A DNA stretch of 64,000 bases from a candidate division FCPU426 bacterium (GTDB lineage Bacteria; Oederibacteriota; Muellerivitia; Muellerivitales; Muellerivitaceae). The notes below the pieces were generated by a model, which had not been told where the DNA came from, ran no database searches, and saw only the letters and a list, made by a program, of their open reading frames with translations. Location: positions 1-64,000 of the forward strand of contig CAVYSE010000001.1 in assembly GCA_963771075.1 (NCBI GenBank), given 5' to 3'. Below, one piece after another: positions 45,976 to 58,058 of the stretch. The position numbers and the translations under genes are program-made. The first letter of the stretch is position 1; each line of letters starts with the position of its first letter.

Positions 45976-48900
45976 ATGAATAACTCGCCGATAACGCCCA
46001 ACCCCAACGAAAACCTACTCAGCCCCTTTGATATGGGGAAAGATTCCTGCGGCGTGGGTTTCGTGGCGGATATGAAGAACCGCAAAAGCCATGAGATCGT
46101 CCAGCAGGGCGTCGAGATTCTCCTGAACCTTTCCCACCGGGGCGCGTGCGGGTGCGAAACCAATACCGGCGACGGGGCCGGAATCCTGATCCAAATTCCC
46201 GACAAGTTCTTGCGCAAATTCGCCAAAAATTCCGGTTTTGAATTGCCTGTGGCGGGGGATTATGGCGTCGGGGTGGTCTTTTTGCCCAAACGGCCCGACC
46301 ACATTCAATATTGCGAGGAAGTCATTTCGCGCGTGGTGAAAGAAGAAGGCCAAACCATCCTGGGTTGGCGCTTGGTACCCACCGACAATTCCGAAGTGGG
46401 GCCCACGGCCAGGGTCTCCGAGCCCGTCATGAAGCAGGTTTTCATCGGCAAGGGCAAAGACATCAAGAACCAGGACGCTTTCGAGCGCAAACTGTACCTT
46501 ATAAGGAAGCGCATCGAGCATACGGTGGCCGCTTCCATCCTCACCGAAAAGAACCTTTTCTACTTCGCCAGCTTCTCCTGCCGCACCCTCGTTTATAAGG
46601 GCATGCTTACGCCCGGCCAGGTTTCGCCCTATTTCCCCGATTTGAGGGACAAGGACGTCGAATCCGCCTTGGCGCTGGTGCACAGCCGTTTCTCGACCAA
46701 CACCTTCCCCTCGTGGGACCTGGCGCACCCTTTCCGCTATATCGCCCACAACGGCGAAATCAACACCCTGCGGGGCAACATCAACTGGATGCACGCCCGA
46801 GAAGCCCTCTTCGCCAGCGATTACTACACCCCCGACGAAATGAAGAAGCTTTTGCCCATCATTCGGGAAGGGCAATCCGACTCGGCCACCTTCGACAACG
46901 CCCTGGAAATACTGGTGATGGCCGGGCGGCCCCTGCCGCACGCCATGATGATGCTGATTCCCGAGGCCTGGAGCGGTCACGCCACCATGCCCCAATATAA
47001 GAAGGATTTTTACCGCTACCATTCCTGCCTGATGGAACCCTGGGACGGCCCGGCCTCCATCGCCTTCACCGACGGCCGTGTCATTGGCGCGGTGTTGGAC
47101 CGGAACGGTCTCAGACCCTCCCGTTATTACGTGACCAAGGACGACCTGGTCATCATGGCGAGCGAAGTGGGCGTGCTGGAAGTGGAACCTTCGCGCGTGG
47201 CCAAGAAGGGAAGGCTGGAACCCGGAAAGATGTTCCTGATCGACCTGGCGGAAGGCCGGATCATCGACGATTCGGAACTGAAAGAGAAGATTTCCAAGGC
47301 CCACTCCTACGGCGAGTGGCTGCAGGAAAACCTGGTGACCCTGGAGACGCCTGCCCGACGCCCCCCACGTGCCCGAACCGGACCACGACACGGTCTTGAA
47401 GCGCCAAAAGGCCTTCGGTTACACGCACGAGGAGATCAAGATTTTGATGACCCCCATGACGGTTAATGGGGAAGAGCCGGTCGGCGCCATGGGCGACGAC
47501 ACCCCCTTGGCCGTGCTTTCCGACCAGCCGCAAAGCCTTTTCAACTACTTTAAACAGCTCTTCGCCCAGGTCACCAACCCGCCCCTGGACGCTATACGCG
47601 AGGAACTGGTGACTTCGGTGGTCACCACCGTGGGCCCCGAGGGGAACCTGTTGAAACCCTCGCCAGAGAGCTGCCGCCAGATCGAGCTGAAATGCGCGGT
47701 GTTGGACAACGACGAACTGGCCAAATTCACCCACATCAACCACAAGGGGTTCAAATCCGTCTCCATCCCCATCCTCTATAAGGTCTCGGAAGGGGAAGCG
47801 GCCCTGGCGATGTCCATGGAAGACCTGCAAAAGAAAGCCAGCCAAGCCGTGAAGGACGGCTTCCAAATCATCATCCTTTCCGACCGGGGCATGGACCACG
47901 ACCTGGCCCCCATCCCCAGCCTTTTGGCCATTGCCGGGGTGCACCACCACCTGATTCGCAACGGCGAGCGCACCAAGGTGGGCTTGATCATCGAAACGGG
48001 CGAGCCCCGCGAAGTGCACCATTTCGGCCTGCTGTTGGGCTACGGCGCCAACGCCATCAACCCCTACCTGGCCTTCGAGACCCTGGATGACATGATCCGC
48101 CGCAAGATCCTGCCCTCGGACCTCGACCACAAGATGGCCGTGAAGAAATACATCAAGGCCTGCAACAAGGGCATCGTGAAGATCATGTCCAAGATGGGCA
48201 TCTCGACCATCCAGAGCTACCGGGGCGCCCAGATTTTCGAGGCCATCGGCCTGAACAAGGAATTCGTCGACAAGTATTTCACCTGGACCGCCACCCGCAT
48301 CGGCGGCATCGGATTGAAGGAACTGGCGCAGGAACTGGAAAAACGCCACCGCGGCGCCTTCCCCGAGAGGCCCGACCGGGAACTGGATTTGGACTGGGGC
48401 GGCCGCTACCAATGGCGCCGCGACGGGGAAAAGCATCTTTTCAACCCCGAGACCATCCACAAACTGCAAACCTCGGCCAAGACCGGCTCTTACAAGGTCT
48501 ATAAGGAATACGCCCAGGCCGTTAACGACCAGTCGAAGGCCCTCTGCACCTTCCGGGGTCTGTTCGGCTTCAAGAAGGGCAACCCCATCCCCCTGGACCA
48601 GGTGGAACCCGCTAGCGAAATCGTGAAGCGTTTCGCCACCGGGGCCATGAGCTACGGCTCCATCAGCCAGGAAGCCCACCAGACGCTGGCCATCGCCATG
48701 AACCGCCTCGGCGGCAAGTCGAACACCGGCGAGGGCGGCGAGGACGAGGCCCGTTATATCCCGGAACCTAACGGAGACTCGCGCAATTCGGCCATCAAGC
48801 AGGTGGCCTCGGGCCGGTTCGGGGTGACCAGCAATTACCTGGTCAACGCCAGGGAACTGCAGATCAAGATGGCGCAAGGCGCCAAGCCCGGCGAGGGCGG

Positions 48901-50525
48901 GCAGTTGCCCGGCAAGAAGGTTTACCCCTGGATCGCCAAGACCCGTTTTTCGACCCCCTTCGTCCAGCTCATCTCGCCGCCGCCGCACCATGACATCTAT
49001 TCCATCGAGGACCTGGCCCAGCTCATCCACGACCTGAAGAACGCCAACAAGAACGCCCGCATTTCCGTGAAGCTGGTGGCGGAAGTGGGGGTGGGCACGG
49101 TCGCCGCCGGGGTCTCGAAGGCCCACGCGGACCATGTGCTGATCTCCGGCTTTGACGGCGGCACGGGCGCTTCTCCCCTGACTTCCATCAAGCACGCGGG
49201 CATCCCCTGGGAACTGGGGCTGGCCGAGACGCACCAGATTTTGGTCAAGAACCGCCTGCGGGACCGCATCGTGGTGATGACCGACGGACAGTTGAAGACC
49301 GGCCGGGACGTGGCCGTGGCCTGCCTTTTGGGCGCCGAGGAATTCGGTTTCGCCACCGCCGCTTTGGTGGCCGAGGGATGCATCATGATGCGCGTTTGCA
49401 ACCTGGATACCTGCCCCGTCGGGGTCGCCACCCAAAACCCGGAACTGCGCAAGAAGTTCACGGGCAAGCCCGAATACGTGGTGAATTTCATGATGTTCGT
49501 GGCCGAGGAGATGCGCGAGATCATGGCGCAACTGGGTTACAAGACCGTCAACGAGATGGTGGGCCATTCGGATATGCTGGAAACCAACCACGCCATCGCC
49601 CACTGGAAGTCCAAGGGGCTCGACTTCTCCGCCATTTTCCACCGCCCCGCCGAATCGAACCTGGGGCCGGTCTATTGCGTGAACAAGCAGGACCACGGCC
49701 TGGACAAGGCGCTGGATAACGAGGTCTTGATCGAAAAGTGCCGCCCGGCCCTGGACGACAAGAAGCCCGTGAAGTTCGAGACGCCGATTAGAAACATCAA
49801 CCGCACGGTGGGGACCCTGCTGGGCGCCGAGATTTCGCGCAAGTACGGCTCCAAGGGCCTGCCGGACGACACCATCCAGATCACCTTCCACGGCTCGGCG
49901 GGGAACAGCTTTGGGGCCTTCGTGCCCAAGGGGATGACCCTGCGCCTGGAGGGCGACGCCAACGACTACCTGGGCAAGGGATTGTGCGGCGGAAAGATCA
50001 TCGTTTATCCCCCGAAGGACGCCACCTTTACCCCCGAGGAAAACATCCTCGTCGGGCAACGTGCTCCTCTACGGCGCCACCAGCGGGGAAGCCTACCTGC
50101 GCGGCAAGGCCGGGGAACGCTTCTGCGTCCGTAATTCCGGCGTGCACGCGGTGGTGGAGGGCGTGGGCGACCACGGGTGCGAATACATGACCGGCGGCCG
50201 GGTGGTCGTCATCGGGGACACGGGCCGCAATTTCGCGGCAGGCATGAGCGGCGGGATCGCCTACGTGTGGAACAAGACCGGCGATTTCCCGGTGCGCTGC
50301 AACCAGGACATGGTCGATTTGGATCCGTTGGATTCGGAGGACCTGAAGATCGTTTCCGAGATGCTGAGAAAGCACCAGGAATACACCCACAGCCCGGTCG
50401 CGGCCGGATTGCTGAAGGACTGGGAGAAGCATTCGAGGCAGTTCGTGAAGATCTTCCCCAAGGACTACAAGAAGGCCCTGGCGGAACAAAAGAAAGCCGC
50501 CGCCGAAAAAGGCGCGGTGGCGTAA
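45976..50525 (+). CDS. gltB: glutamate synthase large subunit with +1 frameshifts near 47350 and 50055
   Basis: [33 protein letters not shown] and [11 protein letters not shown] across three consecutive frames. Confidence 0.96.
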
Positions 50526-50842
50526 AACCAAAAGCCAACGAGACGGGGAACCAAGAGCCAACGCAAAGCCGCAAAGACGCAAAGGAAGGCAAGAAGAAGG
50601 GTTTAAAACCGAGACGAAAACAAGGCGAACTAAAACCCACGGCCAACACGAAGACACGAAGAAAGACGAGATAAAAGAGATTAGAACCAAAGGCCACGAA
50701 AAGGCGAACTAAAACCCAAGGCCAACGCAAAGCCGCAAAGTTTAAGAAAAGGGTAAAAACCGAAGCCGAAAATTGTAAAGATGTTCTAAGGGTTTTGAAC
50801 AAAACTTATTGTCGTTCTTGGCGGCTTGGCGTCTTTGCGTTG
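50526..50842. repeat. A-rich REP-like repeat cluster between gltB and gltD
   Basis: GCCAACGCAAAGCCGCAAAG twice, GGCGAACTAAAACCCA twice, inverted CTTGGCGTCTTTGCGTTGG. Confidence 0.65.
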
Positions 50843-50888
50843 GATGTTGGTTTGGGATGTTGGTTTATTAATTTTTTTTGAGGAAGAA

Positions 50889-52334
50889 ATGGCGAAACCC
50901 ACAGGATTCATGGAAGCGGGACGGGAAACCCCGCACAAAAGGCCCGTAACCGAGCGGGTGAAGGATTGGAAAGAATACACCCTTCCCCCCGAACCCTCCC
51001 ACCTGAAGACCCAGGCCGCCCGCTGTATGGACTGCGGCATCCCCTTCTGCCACATGGGCTGCCCCCTGGGCAACATCATCCCCGACTGGAACGACATGGT
51101 CTACCGCGAGCGATGGAAGGAAGCCATCGAGCGCCTGCACGCCACCAACAATTTCCCCGAGTTCACCGGCCGGCTCTGCCCCGCCCCTTGCGAGAATTCC
51201 TGCACCCTGGCCATGGACGTCTACGACCAGCCGGTGACCATCAAGCAGATCGAGGTTTCCATCATCGACCATGCCTGGAACGAGGGCTGGGTTCGCCCCC
51301 TGCCCAGCGTCAAGAAGACCGGGAAAAAGGTCGCCGTGGTGGGGTCGGGCCCCGCGGGGCTGGCCGCCGCCCAGCAGTTGGCCCGGGTGGGCCATTCGGT
51401 GACGGTGTTCGAGCGCGCGGACCGCGTCGGCGGGCTTTTGCGCTATGGCATCCCCGAGTTCAAGATGGAAAAGCGCCACCTGGACCGCCGTTTGGAGCAA
51501 ATGCGGGCGGAAAGCGTGGAATTCAAGGTGAACGCCAACATCGGCCATAACGTGCCTGTGGAGGACTTAAAGAAGAATTTTGACGCCATTGTGTTGGCCG
51601 GGGGCGCCACCCAGCCCCGCAACCTGCCCGTACCGGGTAGGGAATTGAAGGGCGTTTATTTCGCCATGGAATACCTGACCCAGTCCAACAAGGTCCAGCA
51701 AGGCGACAAGGTCGAGGGCCAGATCATCGCGAAGGACAAGCACGTCATCGTCATCGGCGGCGGGGACACGGGAGCTGACTGTATCGGCACCGCCCATCGC
51801 CAGGGCGCCAAGAGCGTGACCTCCCTTGAGGTTTTGCCCAAGCCCCCTGTTTCCCGCGCGGCGAACAACCCCTGGCCCGAATGGGCCCGGATCTTCCGCG
51901 TGGCGGGAGCCCATGAGGAGGGCGGGGAAATCCTCTATAGCGTTTCCACCAAGCAATTCGAGGGCGAGAACGGCGTGGTCAAGAAATTGAAGGGCGTGAA
52001 GGTGGAATGGATACCGCAGCCTTCCGGCCCCCCCAAGATGCAGGAAGTGGCGGGAAGCGAGTTTGAGTTGCCCGCCGACCTGGTGTTTTTGGCCATGGGC
52101 TTTACCGGCCCGGAGAAGAACCCGCTGTTCGAAAAGATGGGCATCGAGTTGGACCCGCGCTCCAATGTGAAGGCCAACGCCAACAAGATGACCAATGTTC
52201 CCGGCATCTTCGTGGCGGGGGACATGACCCGGGGCCAGTCCCTGATCGTTTGGGCCATCGCCGAGGGCCGCGCCGCGGCCAGGGGAGTGGATCTTTATCT
52301 GATGGGTGAAACGACACTGCCCAGCCCTCTTTAA
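50889..52334 (+). CDS. gltD: glutamate synthase small subunit
   Basis: RCMDCGIPFC, GSGPAG, GGGDTGADC, GQSLIVWAI. Confidence 0.97.
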   Translation: MAKPTGFMEAGRETPHKRPVTERVKDWKEYTLPPEPSHLKTQAARCMDCGIPFCHMGCPLGNIIPDWNDMVYRERWKEAIERLHATNNFPEFTGRLCPAPCENSCTLAMDVYDQPVTIKQIEVSIIDHAWNEGWVRPLPSVKKTGKKVAVVGSGPAGLAAAQQLARVGHSVTVFERADRVGGLLRYGIPEFKMEKRHLDRRLEQMRAESVEFKVNANIGHNVPVEDLKKNFDAIVLAGGATQPRNLPVPGRELKGVYFAMEYLTQSNKVQQGDKVEGQIIAKDKHVIVIGGGDTGADCIGTAHRQGAKSVTSLEVLPKPPVSRAANNPWPEWARIFRVAGAHEEGGEILYSVSTKQFEGENGVVKKLKGVKVEWIPQPSGPPKMQEVAGSEFELPADLVFLAMGFTGPEKNPLFEKMGIELDPRSNVKANANKMTNVPGIFVAGDMTRGQSLIVWAIAEGRAAARGVDLYLMGETTLPSPL

Positions 52335-52550
52335 ATAATTAGATTTAGAGGGAAGGCTGGACATACCCAGTTCTCATATAAATTCACAAATTGAAACTGG
52401 GTGCCCAGCCCTCTTTAATAAATAGATTTAGAGGGAAGGCTGGACATACCCAGTTCTCATATAAATTCACAAATTGAAACTGGGTGCCCAGTCCTCTTTA
52501 ATAAATTGATTTAGAGAGAAGGCTGGACATACACAGTTCTCATATAAATT
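52320..52550 (+). repeat. tandem 83-84-bp repeats starting in the gltD 3' end
   Basis: Units start at 52320, 52404 and 52487; unit 3 resumes at ~52954 after an insertion. Confidence 0.9.
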
Positions 52551-52554
52551 TTAA

Positions 52555-52945
52555 GGGTCGTTCCCGAATTTGCAGATAAAGGGTTTTGAAGTGCTTTTTG
52601 TGGTCTGTCATCGAGAGGAGGCGCCCCAATCGGGGCGGTTGCCGACGTCGCGATCTCAGTTCGATGTTCGTCTTGGCCTTTTTAAAGGCTTTTTTAAACT
52701 GGGATTGTCCATGGGCTAAAGCCCATGGAGGGTTGGCCGAATTTAGGCCAACTACCACAAGCCTCTCGTGAACGTCCGCCTAGCCCCATTTTTCTTTAAG
52801 GGTAAATAAGGAAAATGGGATGATCCCGCATCATCTTTTAAAATTTTCAAAAGGAAATGCGGGATATCGGCGGCCACTCGTCGCAATGACAACCAAATAA
52901 AGCAAGATTTAAAACGGACTCTATCTGCAAATTCAGGAAAGGGGC
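52555..52945. mobile_element. MITE-like insertion with an 8-bp TSD
   Basis: TTCCCGAATTTGCAGATA / TATCTGCAAATTCAGGAA subterminal IR; AATTTTAA at 52547 and 52946. Confidence 0.75.
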
Positions 52946-53021
52946 AATTTTAAAATTGAAACCGGGTGCCCAGCCCTCTTTGATTAGCTCACAGCTAAAA
53001 ACATAGCAGGTTATTTCAATT

Positions 53022-53118
53022 AACCCTCTCCCCTTGAGGGAGAGGGCCAGGGTGAGGGGTGTCTTTCTTGAGTCATTTCCCCCTCATCCCAACCTTCTCC
53101 CTCCTGGGGAGAAGGAGA
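53022..53118. repeat. REP-like palindromic pair
   Basis: CCCTCTCCCCTTGAGGGAGAGGG..GGGTGAGGGG and CCCCTCATCCC..CCTTCTCCCTCCTGGGGAGAAGG. Confidence 0.65.
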
Positions 53119-53265
53119 AAATAAAATATCAATTTTTTTAAAGGCGAACCCTCGACAAGCTCGGGGTCGCCTTTTTTGTGCCTTTCAGTGGTGAAAAAAT
53201 TATTTGCCACTTCATTGTTTTCCACGATTGTTCCGAACCGGAGTGTATAGTTTTAGCGGATTGAT

Positions 53266-54405
53266 ATGAAATCGAAAGGAAATTTATCCATGCCCAAAGC
53301 GATCTTTTACGTCCTCTTCGCGATCCTGTCTTTCCAAGCCTCGGTGGCTTGGTCCGTGACCAGCGACGAATACCTGAACGCGGGCCTGTCCCTCTACCAA
53401 AAAAAACAATGGGATCAGTCGGCGCAATACCTCAAGGCCGCGACCCAGACCGATCCCAAGAACTGGAAGGCTTTCCAGGCGCTGGGAAACTGCCTCTATC
53501 AGCAGGGCAAAGAGCAGGAAGCGCTCGACGCGTTTGACCAAAGCCTTACCCTCCATCCGGACCCCGCGACACAGAATTTCGCCGACGCCTTGAGAAAAAA
53601 GCTGGGGTCTTCCGGACCCATCCCGCCTCCCATGCCCGGGGTGGGCGCCCCGGCTCCGATCCCCGCGCCCGGGGATAGCTACGCCAAGGCGGTCCAGGAG
53701 GCCGAGGGGAACCTCCGCTATTACAACCTAAACCCCCAGGACCATCCGCTGTTGATGCAATATTATGAGGGGAAGAGCCTCGAGGGCCAATGCCGGGCAA
53801 GCCTGAAACAGGCCGACCAAAGCCAGTTAGGCGTCAATGAAAAATACGTGGAGCTTTACGGCGGGGTCAAAAGCGATTTTTACGATACCCATTTCACCCT
53901 CATGCTGGGGGTGCTCACCCCCACGATTGGATCCCTCGACTTCGGATATTTTCTCAATCCCACGACGAACGTGGGCTTGATGTTAGGTTATATCCCCCTG
54001 AACGATGAGGAATATCAATATTCCGAAAACGACTATGGTTATGTCACCAACGAACAAGTCGTCAATTATGGGGGCTCCGTCCTTTACCTCGAGCCACGGA
54101 TCAAATACTATTCCGCCCCCAGCGGATTGACGACCTATTACGGGTTCAGCGCCATCTATTACGGTATCCATTATTCATTAGCGGGGGATACCAACTTCGA
54201 TATCTTTGGTTTGGGATACCTGTTCGGCTTCCGCACCCTGCCGATGGATGGAATGACCATGGAATTGGGTTGGAAGGCCGGGGTCGCGGTCCTGGTCAAC
54301 GCGACCTACCAATATAACTATGATACCTATACCAGCACACCCACTACCGAGATTGTCCCCTTTCCCTACATCATCCCCGAGTTCCGGTTCGGGTTCACCT
54401 TTTAG
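53266..54405 (+). CDS. secreted TPR protein with a probable C-terminal beta-barrel
   Basis: Signal peptide, TPRs, Pro linker, amphipathic strands ending FRFGFTF. Confidence 0.75.
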   Translation: MKSKGNLSMPKAIFYVLFAILSFQASVAWSVTSDEYLNAGLSLYQKKQWDQSAQYLKAATQTDPKNWKAFQALGNCLYQQGKEQEALDAFDQSLTLHPDPATQNFADALRKKLGSSGPIPPPMPGVGAPAPIPAPGDSYAKAVQEAEGNLRYYNLNPQDHPLLMQYYEGKSLEGQCRASLKQADQSQLGVNEKYVELYGGVKSDFYDTHFTLMLGVLTPTIGSLDFGYFLNPTTNVGLMLGYIPLNDEEYQYSENDYGYVTNEQVVNYGGSVLYLEPRIKYYSAPSGLTTYYGFSAIYYGIHYSLAGDTNFDIFGLGYLFGFRTLPMDGMTMELGWKAGVAVLVNATYQYNYDTYTSTPTTEIVPFPYIIPEFRFGFTF

Positions 54406-54453
54406 GATTCGCATGCGTCCACTGGGGATTCGTTAGTAATGGTCCTATTTAGC

Positions 54454-54771
54454 GGTAGTGTCTCAGTTTGAAGTCATTCCGAGCTTTGACCCGATAGGCT
54501 CGATTTGCGACGTGGGAATCCCAGGTTTTGCCGTAGGTTCAAGGTGTACAACCTGAGATTGTCCTGGGGCTAAAGCCCCAGGATGGTTGGCCGAATTCAG
54601 GCCAACTACTACATGCCTGGTTCATGCCGCTTTACAAAAAAAGACAAAGGGTTAGCGGCATAGTCCTGATTTACGTTGCCCAATGGGCAACGTAGGACAA
54701 ACCGCCCCGATTGGGGCTGACCCTCGCAATGACGACTTAAATTAGTTGCCCTTTTAAACTGAGACACTACC
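54454..54771. mobile_element. MITE copy 1
   Basis: 16-bp perfect TIR GGTAGTGTCTCAGTTT; flanks TATTTAGC / TATTCAGC. Confidence 0.9.
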
Positions 54772-54814
54772 TATTCAGCGCATCTTTTGTAATTAGTCCA
54801 TTCCTTTTTATACA

Positions 54815-57217
54815 ATGTCCTGCCTGAACCAAACTTTACAAAGGGATTCAATGACCGTCCGAAGTTTTTACGCTGGCCTGGTGGTGTTTTTCTTTTCCTC
54901 CTTGACCTTTGCCCAAAATCTCCCAATGACTCCCGTGACCGTTGACGAGTGCGCGACGACCATCCGCATCGACGGCCACCTGGATGATTGGCCCCTTGCC
55001 CGGATGTTCCACCTGAACCAGAAATCCCAGGTCACCTCGGGGCTCTCCTTCTGGAAGGACGAGGACGATTTCAGCGGAAGGGTCTTCATCACCTACAACA
55101 CCCAGTACCTCTACTTCTCCGCCGTGGTCACCAAGGCCAATCCCGTCGTCAACGACGGATCACGGCTGTCCCTGTTGAACGGGGATTGCGTGGAACTGCT
55201 GATTTCAACCCACCATTCCGCCAAGCGCCGGACCCGCCTGTCGCGGGGAGATTATCATTTCGGCTTTTCCCCTGGAACCGATTGCAAGTTCCCTTCGCTC
55301 TACTGTTTCAACCTGGACGAGGAAGTAACGGGGGCGCGGATTGTGTCGCGAAAAACTTCCAAGGGCTATGTGGTGGAAGCGGAGATTCCCCTATCGTTCC
55401 TGAAAGGCATCGACCTGGGGCCGGGGAAGGGGGCCTACCTGGACGTGGCCCTGGACGAAGGAGGCTCCCTGAGCGGCAACCGGATCCTGCGGATGGACAT
55501 GGCCCAAGATGACTTTTCGCCCAGCCATCCGGGCGGCTGGCCCGAAGTGGAGTGGATCGGGAAGGATGAGGTTTCCATTCCCCTGGTAGATCCGGGCGAC
55601 CTTAATTCGGACCTGGTGAAGGATGGCACCGCGGGTGAAACTTTCCGGGGTTCCCATCCCGTGACCGGGGTCGTCCAGGACTTAAACGGCAAACCCCTGG
55701 CGGGGGCGTTCGTCACCACCTGGCCCCGCACCCATGAATGCCAGGCCGACAAGTCCGGCCGGTTCCTTTTTGACCGCATCAAGCTTTATGACCGCACCCT
55801 GTTCTATGCCCGTTTGGACGGCTACCTGACCAGCCTGGCGCCCTACGTGAAGAACATTCCGGTCACCCTCCGGTTGAAACCCATTCCGCCGGAACTGATG
55901 CCCGAAACGGGCAGGGTGGGCGGGTTCTTTTTTGGGCTCAACCTGCCCGTCTCCCAAGGGGGAAACAACCCTCCGCCCCTTGCCGGTGACGAGCCAAGCT
56001 TGAAAACCATGGGCCTGAGCTTTCTCGATTTTTCCGGCCTGGACCCCCGGACCCAAACCCCGGAGGAAATGTCCGAGAGATTGGATCTTTTCGTCGACTA
56101 TTGCGGCCAGGTGGGCTGCGCGCCTCTGGTTCGCTTGGCCCTGCCTTTTTTCAGCGCCGAGCAGGCCGCCGCATTGGTGGAGCACGAGAGTGAAACCCAT
56201 CCGGGCCGAGTGGAATATTGGGCCCTGGGAAATGAGCCTGATCTCTTGGAGGGGATCAACGATGACCCCGACCAACAGCCCTTCAACGTCTATCGGTACA
56301 TCAATGAGTTCCGGGAAATCTACAACGCGATGAAACGGGTGGACCCCGGCCTGGTCATCATGGGGCCGGGACTGGCGTTCAAATATGGACACGCCGGGGA
56401 GGATTGGTTGACTCCCTTCCTTCGTTATGACGGCGACATCGTCAACCTGGCTTCCATCCACCGCTACGCGATGAAGGCCCCCCCGGTGGATGGCAAGGCG
56501 GTCCTGAAAACCCTCCGCGAGGAGCCGGCTCTCATCCGGGGCCTGGAGGACCGGGTCGACGTGAATACGGACGTGACCGTGCCCCTGGTCGTCACCGAGG
56601 CCGGCCTGTTCGCGGGTCCCGGATTACCCGCGGCGACCCCGGTTCCCGCCATGACCCCATCCGCGACCCCTTCCTCCGGTCCGGCGACGCTTAAAACGCC
56701 GACCCCCACCCCCTCCACCCAATACGATAGGGTCTGGCCCGCCCTTTGGGCGGGGGAAGAAGCGGGGCTTTTAATCACGGGGGGAATACCCATGGCGCAT
56801 TTTTCGCCTCTCGTCTATTCGCCGGGTCCGGTTTCGGCCTTTTCCAATATCTCCAGTCCAATCGACTGGGCCTTGCGCGTGATGGCGCCCCAACTGAAGG
56901 GAAAGGTGCTATCGGCCCAAACCCGCATGCCGAACCTTTTTGTCTTCGCCACCGAGGATGAAGCAACCCGCACGGTCCAATTGATCCTGGTGAACGCCGG
57001 TGACCGTTACCTTCACCCGCGCATCAATGTGAGGGGGGGCGACGCGGATGTGAGCCTGCTCTCCGATCTTTACATGGACGCCGATCTGGAAGTGCCGGAG
57101 ATGGGCCTGGCCCGCCTGACCTTGCGGGATCAGGGCCGCCCCTGCGAATCCGAGGTCTACTTTTACCGTGATGTCCTGGACGGGAAGCCGCCCAGGGTGA
57201 AAAAGGAATCATTCTAA
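54815..57217 (+). CDS. secreted CBM9-like + GH-A protein, paralogue of 11946-14837
   Basis: IDGHLDDW, YNTQYLYF, GDCVEL, WALGNEPD, SIHRY, VTE; start may be 54851. Confidence 0.72.
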   Translation: MSCLNQTLQRDSMTVRSFYAGLVVFFFSSLTFAQNLPMTPVTVDECATTIRIDGHLDDWPLARMFHLNQKSQVTSGLSFWKDEDDFSGRVFITYNTQYLYFSAVVTKANPVVNDGSRLSLLNGDCVELLISTHHSAKRRTRLSRGDYHFGFSPGTDCKFPSLYCFNLDEEVTGARIVSRKTSKGYVVEAEIPLSFLKGIDLGPGKGAYLDVALDEGGSLSGNRILRMDMAQDDFSPSHPGGWPEVEWIGKDEVSIPLVDPGDLNSDLVKDGTAGETFRGSHPVTGVVQDLNGKPLAGAFVTTWPRTHECQADKSGRFLFDRIKLYDRTLFYARLDGYLTSLAPYVKNIPVTLRLKPIPPELMPETGRVGGFFFGLNLPVSQGGNNPPPLAGDEPSLKTMGLSFLDFSGLDPRTQTPEEMSERLDLFVDYCGQVGCAPLVRLALPFFSAEQAAALVEHESETHPGRVEYWALGNEPDLLEGINDDPDQQPFNVYRYINEFREIYNAMKRVDPGLVIMGPGLAFKYGHAGEDWLTPFLRYDGDIVNLASIHRYAMKAPPVDGKAVLKTLREEPALIRGLEDRVDVNTDVTVPLVVTEAGLFAGPGLPAATPVPAMTPSATPSSGPATLKTPTPTPSTQYDRVWPALWAGEEAGLLITGGIPMAHFSPLVYSPGPVSAFSNISSPIDWALRVMAPQLKGKVLSAQTRMPNLFVFATEDEATRTVQLILVNAGDRYLHPRINVRGGDADVSLLSDLYMDADLEVPEMGLARLTLRDQGRPCESEVYFYRDVLDGKPPRVKKESF

Positions 57218-57307
57218 GGGAAATGGATCTCCGGGCCCTTGGAAAGGGTTGGGAGAATCCCCAGGTGGGGTTAAAATGGTTCCATTCTTTTCCCTTGAGG
57301 GTATTCG

Positions 57308-58048
57308 ATGAAAAATATTTTCTTTCTTATCCCCTTTTTTTTGATCTCCCTTTGGCTGCCCGTCGCCTGCCAGAAGACCTATACCCTTCCCACAGTTCCG
57401 CCCACGCCAGGCCCCACCGCCACCCCCACCTGTAACACGCCCGCCCAAACCCAGCCCTGTTCCGGGACGGGCATTCAATGGGGTTACGGGCAGGTGGTGG
57501 TTCAAGCCAGCCAAGGCGGAACAACGACTTGGTACGCAGAATTGGAAATTGATGTTGATTGCGCGCTTTGCACTAACGCCCAGGTCACCCTGACGAGCCC
57601 GGAGTTGGCCCTGCCCGTACCTGTGCCTTACGCCAACGGTCATGTCCTCATGAACGGGACCCAATATTCCGATTATGGGACCAATAATTTTCCGGGGACC
57701 CTGGCGGCCGGCTCCTACACCCTCACCGCCGTCACGCCCTCCGGGACCACCTCAGCTACCTTGACCCTGCCGCCCCAGCCGGTCATCTCCGCCGACGGTT
57801 CCACCGCCTCCTGGCCCGGTTCAGCCCAATGGGCGCTCGTCGCGGTCGACAACTCCTCCTATTCCCGAACCTTCATTTCCAGCGACTGCTGGTCTGCCAG
57901 CTCGCCCTACTCCATTCCCGCTTCGGCCTATCCATCCTCCGGTACCTATTACGCGGCCGCGGGTTGTGAAAATTGGACGACGGCCATTAACGGGGGTTCC
58001 GGCATTTTCAGCATATCCAACTCATACGAAACGGGCGTAACGAAATAG
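57308..58048 (+). CDS. lipoprotein
   Basis: Signal peptide ending PVAC, T/P linker. Confidence 0.75.
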   Translation: MKNIFFLIPFFLISLWLPVACQKTYTLPTVPPTPGPTATPTCNTPAQTQPCSGTGIQWGYGQVVVQASQGGTTTWYAELEIDVDCALCTNAQVTLTSPELALPVPVPYANGHVLMNGTQYSDYGTNNFPGTLAAGSYTLTAVTPSGTTSATLTLPPQPVISADGSTASWPGSAQWALVAVDNSSYSRTFISSDCWSASSPYSIPASAYPSSGTYYAAAGCENWTTAINGGSGIFSISNSYETGVTK

Positions 58049-58058
58049 AGGAGTGTCT

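Noticed and set aside
47261..50059. 932-aa minus-strand ORF and similar long antisense ORFs (e.g. 425-1351, 46015-47391)
   Set aside because: Antisense shadows of GC3-rich genes with no recognisable motifs.
52320..52550. Tandem repeats containing ATTGAAAC as a CRISPR array
   Set aside because: Units are near-identical along their whole length with no unique spacers, and they are unrelated to the cas1-linked repeat.
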